IMG/VR virus record: IMGVR_UViG_3300032305_001698
Location: 1-28,171 of that record
Length of the DNA: 28,171 nt
Source of the DNA: a virus
Lineage: Duplodnaviria > Caudoviricetes
Reading direction: 5' to 3' (one strand)
Below the pieces are notes generated by a model. The model was given only the letters and a program-made list of their open reading frames with translations, was not told where the DNA came from and searched no databases. This document shows, piece after piece, positions 1-7,759 of this stretch. Numbering within the stretch: the stretch's first letter is position 1; every line of letters starts with the position of its first letter. Made by a program: the position numbers and the translations under genes.

Positions 1-224
1 TCCGACCACTGCGCGTTGATAAACTGGCTGCCCTGCACCGGCACGGTAACGGACGAAACACCGCCCGTGGCCTGCTGGCTGTTTGCAATCAGCGCCGCCA
101 TAAGCGGGGTGCTGTTGTAAATTTGGACAACGAGTTTCGGAATGAACGCCCTACGAGTAAGGTAGGTCAGTTCAGTGTACTGCGTGCTCCCCGTTGCGGG
201 GAGAATACCACCACCAATTGGCAT
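1..224 (-). CDS. Major capsid protein, N-terminal part (runs off left edge)
   Basis: Not in ORF track. ATG at 224 with AGGAG SD; reads MPIGGGILPATGSTQYTELTYLTRRAFIPKLVVQIYNSTPLMAAL... open to the edge. Lies downstream of portal and scaffold-like genes and resembles capsid N-termini I recall from uncultured phages. Confidence 0.8.
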   Translation of the reverse strand, partial: MPIGGGILPATGSTQYTELTYLTRRAFIPKLVVQIYNSTPLMAALIANSQQATGGVSSVTVPVQGSQFINAQWS

Positions 225-254
225 AGCTTTCTCCTAACTATTGTTGATACCGCA

Positions 255-797
255 TCAGAGGCCGATGGGACGGCGCGGATTGCGCAATTCCGCCAAAGCC
301 TTAAACGCCTCGTCACGCGCTGCACGCTGCGGATTCTTCCAATAGCCTTGGAGAACATCGCGCGCTTTGCTGTCCAGCACATTCATGTTGAAGGACGATG
401 CCGTAGGCGCGGCTGCTTCCTTCATCCAGCGGTGGTAATCCGCCGCCGTTTCGTGGCTGGTGATGCCCTTCTCAAGCATGACCTTCTCCACTTCATGAAT
501 TTCGTCTTCGCTCTGGATTTTGCCGGCCTTCATCAAAGACTGACGGCGCTTTTCCAGTTCAGCAAGAGCGTCTTTCTCTTGAAGTTTGGCTTCCAGCATC
601 TGAATGCGGGCCTCAGAAGCCGAAGCGTGCCGAGAAACGGACTCTTCAATTTCCAATTCCGGGATATTCAGGCCAGGCTGGGCCTTCTTGGTCAGCCGAA
701 GAAAATCCTTACGGGTGTCCGGGTTTTCGGCCAGTGTACGAGCCAGACGCGCCAGTTCGTCGCGCGTTTCAAAGCTCAAATCTTCAAGAGACGCCAT
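255..797 (-). CDS. Putative capsid scaffolding protein (180 aa)
   Basis: Charged, helical/coiled-coil character; immediately upstream of the capsid gene. Confidence 0.6.
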   Translation of the reverse strand: MASLEDLSFETRDELARLARTLAENPDTRKDFLRLTKKAQPGLNIPELEIEESVSRHASASEARIQMLEAKLQEKDALAELEKRRQSLMKAGKIQSEDEIHEVEKVMLEKGITSHETAADYHRWMKEAAAPTASSFNMNVLDSKARDVLQGYWKNPQRAARDEAFKALAELRNPRRPIGL

Positions 798-798
798 A

Positions 799-984
799 TC
801 AGATCACCTTTTTGCCATCGCCGGGCGGCTTAATAGCCATCCGGTTCTTCGGACCAGTAGCAGCCGAGTTCTTCAAGCCGCCAAGCTGCGAAAACCGCGG
901 CGTGTTGACGATTTGACCGTTCTGCTGGGTGTTGTCAGTGGGGCGGCGGGGGTTAGAAGCCCCGCGTGGCTTAAAAAGGTCCAT
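799..984 (-). CDS. Small basic hypothetical head-module protein (61 aa)
   Basis: Fits exactly between neighbours; GAG SD; MDLFKPRG...DGKKVI. Confidence 0.75.
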   Translation of the reverse strand: MDLFKPRGASNPRRPTDNTQQNGQIVNTPRFSQLGGLKNSAATGPKNRMAIKPPGDGKKVI

Positions 985-993
985 TTCAAACTC

Positions 994-1575
994 CTATCGG
1001 GGCATTCCCGGAGGCGGACCACCCGCACCCGGCATTGGGGGACGGCCAGGCGGCGGACCACCCGGCATTTGCATACCGCCCGGAGGCGGACCACCAGGCA
1101 TTCCGCCCGGCATTGGCATCGGCGGACCCGGAGGCGGCGGGGGTGCACCCGGAGGACCACCGGCACCAGCCATGCCAGGAATAGCCGGCATACCGGCCAT
1201 CGCCTTCATTTCGGGCGTTGCGCCGCCAGCTTGCGGCAAATTCTGCAACAACTGGAGAATTTCGGCGTTTTGAAGCTCGCCAACCTTCTGCCGGCGCGGC
1301 CCCATCGCTCCTGTGAGCGAACGCAAAGCGGCCACCATCTTCTGGCCGTCAGGAGTCTCAGTGCCAATTGCCGGCAAAGACTGCTCAATCAGGTCCATCG
1401 CCATGCCCACGTTGATCAACGCGGCTTCACGGGAACCCATCTTAGGCTCAGGCGTACTCATCGGTGCCCCCATCGGCGGGGTCGCAGTACCACCCTCACC
1501 CGGATTGGGTGCAGTAAGTTCCGGTGCTTCTTTCGGGCGCTGGCTTTGCAGCAGCCTCATCACGCTTTCGGACAC
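994..1575 (-). CDS. Pro/Gly/Met-rich hypothetical head-module protein (193 aa)
   Basis: GTG start at 1575 with GGAG SD is preferred over TTG 1629; helical core followed by GGPPPG repeats. Confidence 0.75.
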   Translation of the reverse strand: MSESVMRLLQSQRPKEAPELTAPNPGEGGTATPPMGAPMSTPEPKMGSREAALINVGMAMDLIEQSLPAIGTETPDGQKMVAALRSLTGAMGPRRQKVGELQNAEILQLLQNLPQAGGATPEMKAMAGMPAIPGMAGAGGPPGAPPPPPGPPMPMPGGMPGGPPPGGMQMPGGPPPGRPPMPGAGGPPPGMPR

Positions 1576-1629
1576 TTGATGCTCCAAAATAACAATCGCG
1601 GGGTAACACCCACGTTCCAGCAAAGTCAA

Positions 1630-1665
1630 GCGGGACTATTTTTATCTTCCGGTCCCGCGCGGAAG
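1630..1665 (-). other. H-type RNA pseudoknot
   Basis: Minus strand CTTCCG-C-GCGGGAC-CGGAAG-ATAAAAATA-GTCCCGC: S1 6 bp, L1 1 nt, S2 7 bp, L2 0 nt, L3 9 nt A-rich; all pairs Watson-Crick. Confidence 0.75.
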
Positions 1666-1673
1666 TCGCGGAT

Positions 1674-1699
1674 TAACGACTGCTCAAGGCAGTGCGTTA
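1674..1699 (-). other. RNA hairpin directly after micro-ORF stop
   Basis: TAACG-C-ACTGC-CTTGA-GCAGT-CGTTA: 10 bp with a single-nt bulge. Confidence 0.6.
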
Positions 1700-1700
1700 G

Positions 1701-1733
1701 TTACCGGCGAGCCTTACGACCCTTGCGACGCAT
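1701..1733 (-). CDS. 10-aa Arg/Lys-rich micro-peptide MRRKGRKARR
   Basis: AAAGGAGGT SD followed by CTCCA then ATG; TAA stop; co-oriented with the head operon. Confidence 0.7.
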   Translation of the reverse strand: MRRKGRKARR

Positions 1734-1772
1734 TGGAGACCTCCTTTCATGGCTAGAGTTGCACACACCGCA

Positions 1773-1817
1773 TTAGCGGCAGCCTTTACGGCGACCGCGC
1801 TTGACGGACTTGTACAT
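1773..1817 (-). CDS. 14-aa Arg/Lys-rich micro-peptide MYKSVKRGRRKGCR
   Basis: AAGGAGGTGAT extended SD overlapping the upstream stop, then ACC ATG; TAA stop. Confidence 0.7.
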   Translation of the reverse strand: MYKSVKRGRRKGCR

Positions 1818-1821
1818 GGTA

Positions 1822-1983
1822 TCACCTCCTTTCCGAACGCGCATTAGCGCGTGGCGCTGCCCTGTTACCGAGGGTGCGAATGGAAGATACCCTGTATTCT
1901 ATCGAAGGCGAAGGATTACCGCGCGCAATGTCTTTCGCTTGCGCTCGGGGCTGGTCGGATTGGATTCTAAAATCCTGCGCCAT
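1822..1983 (-). CDS. 53-aa basic hypothetical protein
   Basis: Not in ORF track. TGATG overlap with the portal stop; MAQDFRIQSDQPRAQAKD...RANARSERR. Confidence 0.75.
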   Translation of the reverse strand: MAQDFRIQSDQPRAQAKDIARGNPSPSIEYRVSSIRTLGNRAAPRANARSERR

Positions 1984-3596
1984 CACTTACCCTGTCTGCC
2001 TGGTGGCTTGCCCTCGGGAGGGGGGCCTGCCTTTTGCTGAGCGGCTTGCTTCTTAAGCCGATCCTTCAACACTTGCTTCATAGGCGGATCAAGCAGATCA
2101 ATCAAGGACTCTTTGTCAATGGCTTGCGCCTTGAACAAGTTGAAGGCCAACTGCCGCATGTCCTCCATAAAAATCGGGCTGTTGGAGTGCGCATCAACCT
2201 TCACCATAAAGTCTTTGGTAAACTGCTCCGCGATAAACCGATCACCCCTTGAGTCCGTAAAATGCGTGGGGTCATATTGTTGCATCAGTTTAAGATACAA
2301 CGTCGCCATCTTTTCCAGCGCGTCTTCAACAACCAAGGCGCGCTTTTTAATGCGCGACGAACCCAGCCGCGCCAACTGAGAAGCGTGCCCCTGAGACCTA
2401 ACGCCTGACTCACCGCGGCCCGACAGCACGCTGGAAATGCCCGACGCCTCGCTAAACATGGCGTCGATGGCATCAATCTCGCGGAACAAATCGGACGGCA
2501 TTTCCGGTGCCATCCGCTCAACCTTGCCCTGCGCCATGTCGTTAGACAGCAGCCCGCCAGCACGGTTTAGCGCAAAGTTTTTCTCGTCCAGAATGCCCGT
2601 AAAGCCCATCAACGCCGTGGGCGGGTTTACCTGTTTGCTCAACAGGTCCAGAATTTCGGTCATGCGGCGGTTGCGCATCTGCTGCAAGAAAATCAGCTTC
2701 TGCACCTCAGATTGCCCCCAGTAGTAGTCATACTGCGGGTTGGGCGTAATCTGGATAAACGGCAACTCGCCCTTCATAAAAAGCTGCTCGCCGGGACGGT
2801 CATAAATAATAATGTCAGGGTCCGCGATGGTCACAACCTGATAATCGTTGGTCTCATCGTCCCAAACGTAAAGCTCCCGCATCTCAACCGTATCTTCGGC
2901 CACCCGCGCGTTCATGCGGTTATAGCCGTACAGATCAAGGTTGACCGTTCCGTAGATCGACGGATTGGTTTGGGACATCACAATGCGGTTAAGGCCCTCA
3001 GGCACATGGCTCACCTGATGCTGCCCCACGGTAATCCGATCAATGATCGACTTACGCTTGGGGTGCCCATAAAGCCGGCGCGCCAGATCGGACTTGGTGA
3101 TGTGGTAGGTCTGGATCAACGCCTCTTGGCGGTCAGTGTAAGGCGTATCCTCGCGCAGCACGCCAACGCTGCCAGGCTCAATCATGTACGGGTGAATAGT
3201 GCCATTGCGCACAACCAGTTTGACAAACGTGGACGAATAACAAAGCGCCCACGTCATTGCCATGGCAAACACTTGGTCGCCGTTGGAGTCCGCCCACTTA
3301 TCGTTCAAGGCGGAAGTTAGCACTTGAACCTTGCTCTGCTCGCTCTCAGGCACCGAAGCCCCAAGGTTAATGCTAAAGCGCGTCGTGTCCGCGCTGAACA
3401 AAAACGCCGTAACTTGGTCAATGTGCGGATAAATCTTGTTGTAGTGCGCCGGGCTTTCGTCCGGGCCGGCACCAAACAGATACCAAGAACGCAAACTGCT
3501 ATAATCGGCCTTGCGCTCCTCGCGGGACACAAAGCACTTCTCCATCAAATCCAGATACAGCGTCTCGCGCTCAATCGGGTCTTTTGGAATGATCAC
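1983..3596 (-). CDS. Portal protein (537 aa)
   Basis: Size, position between terminase and capsid genes, and portal-like segments (ELPFIQITPNPQYDYYWGQS, FSEASGISSVLSG). Confidence 0.85.
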   Translation of the reverse strand: MIIPKDPIERETLYLDLMEKCFVSREERKADYSSLRSWYLFGAGPDESPAHYNKIYPHIDQVTAFLFSADTTRFSINLGASVPESEQSKVQVLTSALNDKWADSNGDQVFAMAMTWALCYSSTFVKLVVRNGTIHPYMIEPGSVGVLREDTPYTDRQEALIQTYHITKSDLARRLYGHPKRKSIIDRITVGQHQVSHVPEGLNRIVMSQTNPSIYGTVNLDLYGYNRMNARVAEDTVEMRELYVWDDETNDYQVVTIADPDIIIYDRPGEQLFMKGELPFIQITPNPQYDYYWGQSEVQKLIFLQQMRNRRMTEILDLLSKQVNPPTALMGFTGILDEKNFALNRAGGLLSNDMAQGKVERMAPEMPSDLFREIDAIDAMFSEASGISSVLSGRGESGVRSQGHASQLARLGSSRIKKRALVVEDALEKMATLYLKLMQQYDPTHFTDSRGDRFIAEQFTKDFMVKVDAHSNSPIFMEDMRQLAFNLFKAQAIDKESLIDLLDPPMKQVLKDRLKKQAAQQKAGPPPEGKPPGRQGK

Positions 3597-4051
3597 GGCT
3601 TCACCTGTAGGTTTTCATGATCACCTACATAACTCGCCGTCTGGGGTCCACGCAATTCGCCAGCTTCCCGCGGATTGAAACCCACGCTTTCGCCGCGCAC
3701 CGACTTGATGCCGCCGCCAAGCACTGACTGTATGCTATGCCCCGCACCGCCGCCCCAGATTACGCCAGAGCCTGGCCGCTGCTCAGGGGGCTGCTCCACG
3801 GGCGGCGCGTTGTTGCGGGTCAGGTAGCCCTCTTGGTGTTCGCCCTCGCGGGTGCTCTTAATGTTCGTCATGTTGAACTCATTTGCCAGCCCCTTGAGGT
3901 TAGCGTCGTTCCGCTTGGTCTTGTCGGACAGATAGGCCGGCGCTTTCAAAAACGCGACCTTGATTCCATCCAAGCAACCGTGCGTGCAAACGGCTTCCCA
4001 AGACTCAAAAAACCCGTGCTTCGGACATTTGTAGTGCCGCTTAATTGCCAT
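3593..4051 (-). CDS. Hypothetical protein with N-terminal Zn-ribbon-like motif (152 aa)
   Basis: YKCPKHGFFE...CTHGC; ATGA overlap with portal start. Confidence 0.75.
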   Translation of the reverse strand: MAIKRHYKCPKHGFFESWEAVCTHGCLDGIKVAFLKAPAYLSDKTKRNDANLKGLANEFNMTNIKSTREGEHQEGYLTRNNAPPVEQPPEQRPGSGVIWGGGAGHSIQSVLGGGIKSVRGESVGFNPREAGELRGPQTASYVGDHENLQVKP

Positions 4052-4439
4052 CCAACTGCTCCTTCAAGGTAGGCGTCATATACTGCGCCCGGTTTCTCAT
4101 ACCCACGTTCAAGCGGATTTCGCCGCCCACCACTTGCAGCCCAACGCTAGGCCGCATGTCCAACACCGGCTCACGCCGATACCTAATCGCCTTGGTGCGG
4201 TTGGGGCGCTGATACACCTCGATTATCCCCGCCTCCCACTCATGCGCAAACTTGCTCAACGCGGATTGCAACCAATCCTGCATCGGGCGGTTGCCGCGCT
4301 TGATGACCTCCTCAAACGTCTTTCTGGACACGCCAGTAAAATCCGTCAGCAGGTCCATGCCAATGCCGCGGTCCCTGTCCGCCAAAAACCGGCGGTACCA
4401 CTCCAGCAACTCCTTCTTTGGCCGCAGAGCAAACATCAC
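4041..4439 (-). CDS. Hypothetical protein, possible HTH (132 aa)
   Basis: Coupled to terminase stop; LLTDFTGVSRKTFEEVIK resembles an HTH. Confidence 0.7.
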   Translation of the reverse strand: MMFALRPKKELLEWYRRFLADRDRGIGMDLLTDFTGVSRKTFEEVIKRGNRPMQDWLQSALSKFAHEWEAGIIEVYQRPNRTKAIRYRREPVLDMRPSVGLQVVGGEIRLNVGMRNRAQYMTPTLKEQLDGN

Positions 4440-6196
4440 ACGCCCAGCCCAATGTTCTTGAGGTACTTGCTCACCACGGTGCGCTCACGGCCACGCTCCT
4501 CGGCATCCAACTCATCCAAAGCCCGGTTGCGCAGCTTGGTCAGGTTCATGGCTATCAACCGCGGTTGCAACTGCTCGGCATACGCCGCCGCTGCCAGCGC
4601 AGAAGCAATCACGCGATCATCCTTGCCACGCCCCGCCGCCGCAATGGTCCCATCCTGGCGCGTTACCGTCTTCATCTCATCCAACGTGTCCATGGACTTC
4701 ACGATGAGCATCCCGCGCTCAAAATAGTCCTTGAAGTAATTTAGCATCCGCTCTTTGCTGGCCGAGGTAGTTACCCACCCAATGCTGTTTGACAGCCCGC
4801 CCAACGTATCGTTCTTGCGCCAAATGTAGTTTTGCATGTGGCCCAGTACGTTCATCAGGCTGCTGCCGTCCTTGCCGCCCATGGCAACCGCCTGGCGCTT
4901 CAAATTCCGCAACTCATTGATGACGGCCTGGCCGGGACCATTCACCTCCAAATTGAGAATGCTGTTCTTGTACGCGCCGCCCAAATGGCTAATCACCCAC
5001 GCAAACTGGTAGGTGTTCAACTCACTCGTAGCAAACTCCGCAACTTGCTCCATGCCGTCCGAATAGCAACGAAACACCTGTATGCAAAAGCGGTCAGCCC
5101 AATCACTGCTGCCATAAGCAGGGTCGGCACCAATAACATAATACCCATTGTCAACCGGCTCCTCCCAAATCTGCAACGTCGCCAGCCGCTCCTGAGACTT
5201 CATCACCTCAGTGTCCTGGAACAACTGCCCCATAACATAACGATAATAGTCAGGCTTCATGGCCTTCGCCGCCTTGGCCGCATCCGTGCAACGCGACGTG
5301 CTAAAGAACGAAGTGCCCGACATGATGAACGCATAGTCCTCAGTCGGCGGAAACTCCTGATACATCAGCGCATCGTCCTTGATGCCCTCTGCCAGCTTCC
5401 ACCGCCACCATGCCATCTGCCGGCTGTTGATCTCAAAGCCGTACAGCTTCTTGATGTCCCTGACCCACTCCTTCTCCTCAGGAGTCAGTCTTCCATCCCA
5501 ATACGTTTTGTAAACCGATGTCTCAGGATCGGCGGTATAGAACTCGTTCCGCCACCAACCGCAAAAGATGGCCCTTTGCGTGCGGGCCTTTTTGGCCGTG
5601 ACATACATATCATGGAACAGGTTGAAGCCGCGCGCTGTGCTCTCAAACATATACAGCCGGTCAGGGTTGGTCTCAGCCAACGAAGCCAGCAACGACGCCA
5701 GACCCTCCTCATCGCCCCATGAACTCGTCTCCGTGCCGTGCAAATAAGTGATAGCCTTACCACGCCCCAAGCTGCCCTTGGCCCGCAAGCCAGCCACCTG
5801 ATAAAACAACCGACTGCGGTTCTTCAGCAACAACTGGTTGCGGTTATGCCCCTCCATCGGAATCTTGTACTGCCGCGGCAGATGCTCAAAATACATCCCC
5901 AAGGTGGACCGAAACATCTCGCGGTTCTCCTCAGTGTCCGTCACCAACGTGGCACCCAAGCCCGGATGCGTGAACACCCAGTACAAATCCAGCGCCAGGC
6001 TGATCGTGGTCACGCCAAGCTGCCGGCCCTTCAGGATGGTGAAAAAATGCACATCCTCTTCCAGCCCGCGCGCTATCTCGTTCATCACATACGTCTGCGT
6101 GCCCAACAGCTTGTCCAGCCGTTGCAAACCCTTCTCCTTCGTCTCAATCTGCAACTGAGAGCAAAATTGATAAAACTTCTTGAGGTCAAACTTCAC
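4436..6196 (-). CDS. terL: Terminase large subunit (586 aa)
   Basis: Walker A ILKGRQLGVTT, Walker B YLHGTE, ESTA motif, RNase H-like nuclease residues IGADPAYG and DDRVIA. Confidence 0.95.
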   Translation of the reverse strand: MKFDLKKFYQFCSQLQIETKEKGLQRLDKLLGTQTYVMNEIARGLEEDVHFFTILKGRQLGVTTISLALDLYWVFTHPGLGATLVTDTEENREMFRSTLGMYFEHLPRQYKIPMEGHNRNQLLLKNRSRLFYQVAGLRAKGSLGRGKAITYLHGTETSSWGDEEGLASLLASLAETNPDRLYMFESTARGFNLFHDMYVTAKKARTQRAIFCGWWRNEFYTADPETSVYKTYWDGRLTPEEKEWVRDIKKLYGFEINSRQMAWWRWKLAEGIKDDALMYQEFPPTEDYAFIMSGTSFFSTSRCTDAAKAAKAMKPDYYRYVMGQLFQDTEVMKSQERLATLQIWEEPVDNGYYVIGADPAYGSSDWADRFCIQVFRCYSDGMEQVAEFATSELNTYQFAWVISHLGGAYKNSILNLEVNGPGQAVINELRNLKRQAVAMGGKDGSSLMNVLGHMQNYIWRKNDTLGGLSNSIGWVTTSASKERMLNYFKDYFERGMLIVKSMDTLDEMKTVTRQDGTIAAAGRGKDDRVIASALAAAAYAEQLQPRLIAMNLTKLRNRALDELDAEERGRERTVVSKYLKNIGLGV

Positions 6197-6214
6197 CGCG
6201 TTAGCCCCTAAACT

Positions 6215-6577
6215 TTATACCAACACATAGCGGCCCTTGAGGTTTTTCACAACCACCCCAGCCCTCCGCAGCTTGGTCATCTCTATCGAAATCACATTCC
6301 GCCAAGTGCTCGGAAACTCATCGCCCCACAACATCTCCGCAATCTGCGCAGCACTCACCCCACCCTCAACACCCAACATCCCCTCAATCGCCCTACCACG
6401 CTCACCACTACCCAACTTTCGCTTCTTCAACACCCTCACATCACCCTCAGCTCGCGCCTGCTTCACCACACGCATCACCGAACTAATGCTCACATTGCAA
6501 CGGTTGCATACAACCCTCACAGGCACTCCACTTGCATACATGTCTAGCACCCTGTTCACAATCAGCGTGTCCATCAA
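6215..6577 (-). CDS. Double-HTH DNA-binding protein, candidate terminase small subunit or regulator (120 aa)
   Basis: Immediately upstream of terL; AAGGAG SD; N-terminal HTH and C-terminal winged-HTH-like patterns. Confidence 0.55.
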   Translation of the reverse strand: MMDTLIVNRVLDMYASGVPVRVVCNRCNVSISSVMRVVKQARAEGDVRVLKKRKLGSGERGRAIEGMLGVEGGVSAAQIAEMLWGDEFPSTWRNVISIEMTKLRRAGVVVKNLKGRYVLV

Positions 6578-7067
6578 CCACTCCTTATCCTGATAACTAC
6601 GTCATAACGTATATACACATACGGCAAAAACCATATTTTTCTTGGGGGGAACAAGGAGAGGGGCACTCCCTCAGGCCCCCGCGCGACCCATCGGCGGGCC
6701 GCAGATTTCAGGCTTGGCGGCTAGGGCGAGGCTAGGCCGGTGCTGGTGTCAGAGTCCAGCGCCCCGTCCCATGCCCCATACCCGATTCTGGGAGGGCTAC
6801 AGGGGGGTGATGCCTGGCTGCGCTACCACCCTACCGGACCCCTTGGCCCATCGGCCTGTAGCGCGCTTAGAATGGCCCACGCGCGGGGATGTAAGGTGGA
6901 TGTTATGTCCGGCTTAGCCCTAGCGGTAGCAGTATGACGTAATAGGACATAGATACTAACCTAACGAGGGGGATGATATAACGTAACAACGTCGAGGGCG
7001 ATGATACGTTATAACGTATATACGTATATACGTATAAGACGAAGAAAGGATCGCGCGCGCACGCGAA

Positions 7068-7082
7068 GCAAGAATCGTGCCA
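7068..7082 (-). promoter_or_regulatory. sigma54 (RpoN) -24/-12 promoter motif facing the late operon
   Basis: Minus strand TGGCACGATTCTTGC(T) matches TGGCAC-N5-TTGC exactly; intergenic. Confidence 0.7.
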
Positions 7083-7136
7083 CAGACACTAGATCAAAGA
7101 TTAACAATCTTTAATAAAATAACGCTTGTCTGCATC

Positions 7137-7161
7137 CGTCACAAGCGACACATGCGTCACA
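7137..7161 (+). promoter_or_regulatory. Triple direct-repeat operator (9-bp period)
   Basis: CGTCACA-AG-CGACACA-TG-CGTCACA about 30 bp upstream of the first rightward gene; matching array at 12065-12089. Confidence 0.65.
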
Positions 7162-7190
7162 GGCAATCAAGCCTGGATGGGAACACGACA

Positions 7191-7364
7191 ATGTATTTTT
7201 ACATCACTCACACCGACGCTGCTGGCGAGATGCACCAGCTTCGCGGCGCCTATGATGCCGAAAGCGCCGCCGAGGCTCTTGCCGCATTCTTCGCTGAATC
7301 CGGCGCGGTTGACGACGGCCGTTATGCCGCACACCGCGTTATCACTGACGATGACGTGATTTAA
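7191..7364 (+). CDS. Small acidic hypothetical early protein (57 aa)
   Basis: ATG 7191 after GGGAACACGACA; MYFYITHTDAAG...DDDVI. Confidence 0.7.
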   Translation: MYFYITHTDAAGEMHQLRGAYDAESAAEALAAFFAESGAVDDGRYAAHRVITDDDVI

Positions 7365-7381
7365 GGGGGGGGGCTGATACC

Positions 7382-7666
7382 ATGACCGAAACACGCACAA
7401 TCGTTCTGGCGAACACTGGCGGCTATGTCACCATGGGCCGCGCCACGCAGCCTACACCCGAGGAAATTGCGCGGGTTGAAACAGCGCTGCGCCAGCAGGG
7501 TGTGACGGCCTGGCTTTGCACCATGGTGGGCAGTCCATATAGCCGCGCCAAGAAAAACCGCCCCAAATTTACCAATGTCAAGCTGCTTTGCGGCGACGGT
7601 GATTTTGATGCTGCCGTAGCGGCATTTCATGCGGAAGAGCATTGGCGCGGTTACGCCGGAGCCTGA
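7382..7666 (+). CDS. Hypothetical early protein (94 aa)
   Basis: ORF track; preceded by a G9 run at SD position. Confidence 0.7.
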   Translation: MTETRTIVLANTGGYVTMGRATQPTPEEIARVETALRQQGVTAWLCTMVGSPYSRAKKNRPKFTNVKLLCGDGDFDAAVAAFHAEEHWRGYAGA

Positions 7667-7759
7667 CACTACGGCAGGGGCTTCACGGCCCCGCCACATA
7701 AACCGCTTTACGGGGCGGCTTGTGCGGCGAATTGCCGATAACGAAAGGGAAAGCGCACA

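Noticed and set aside
994-1200. GGAGGCGGACCACC-like repeats as a CRISPR or DNA repeat element
   Set aside because: Explained by GGPPPG coding repeats; no constant repeat-spacer structure.
1630-1700. Programmed frameshift or readthrough at the pseudoknot
   Set aside because: No X XXY YYZ slippery site upstream, and the micro-ORF stop is about 35 nt away with a hairpin in between.
1697-1750. Alternative 17-aa ORF MKGGLQCVARVVRLAGN
   Set aside because: Has no SD of its own; its 5' end is the SD of MRRKGRKARR.
123-6211. Long plus-strand ORFs (e.g. 604-1776, 4832-5722, 2712-3320)
   Set aside because: Antisense shadows of well-supported minus-strand genes in GC-rich DNA; no motifs or RBS.
6642-6937. 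Plus-strand ORFs in the late leader region
   Set aside because: Non-ATG starts, no clear RBS and Pro/Arg-rich junk-like translations.
7101-7114. CtrA box (TTAA-N7-TTAA)
   Set aside because: Spacing is N6, not N7.
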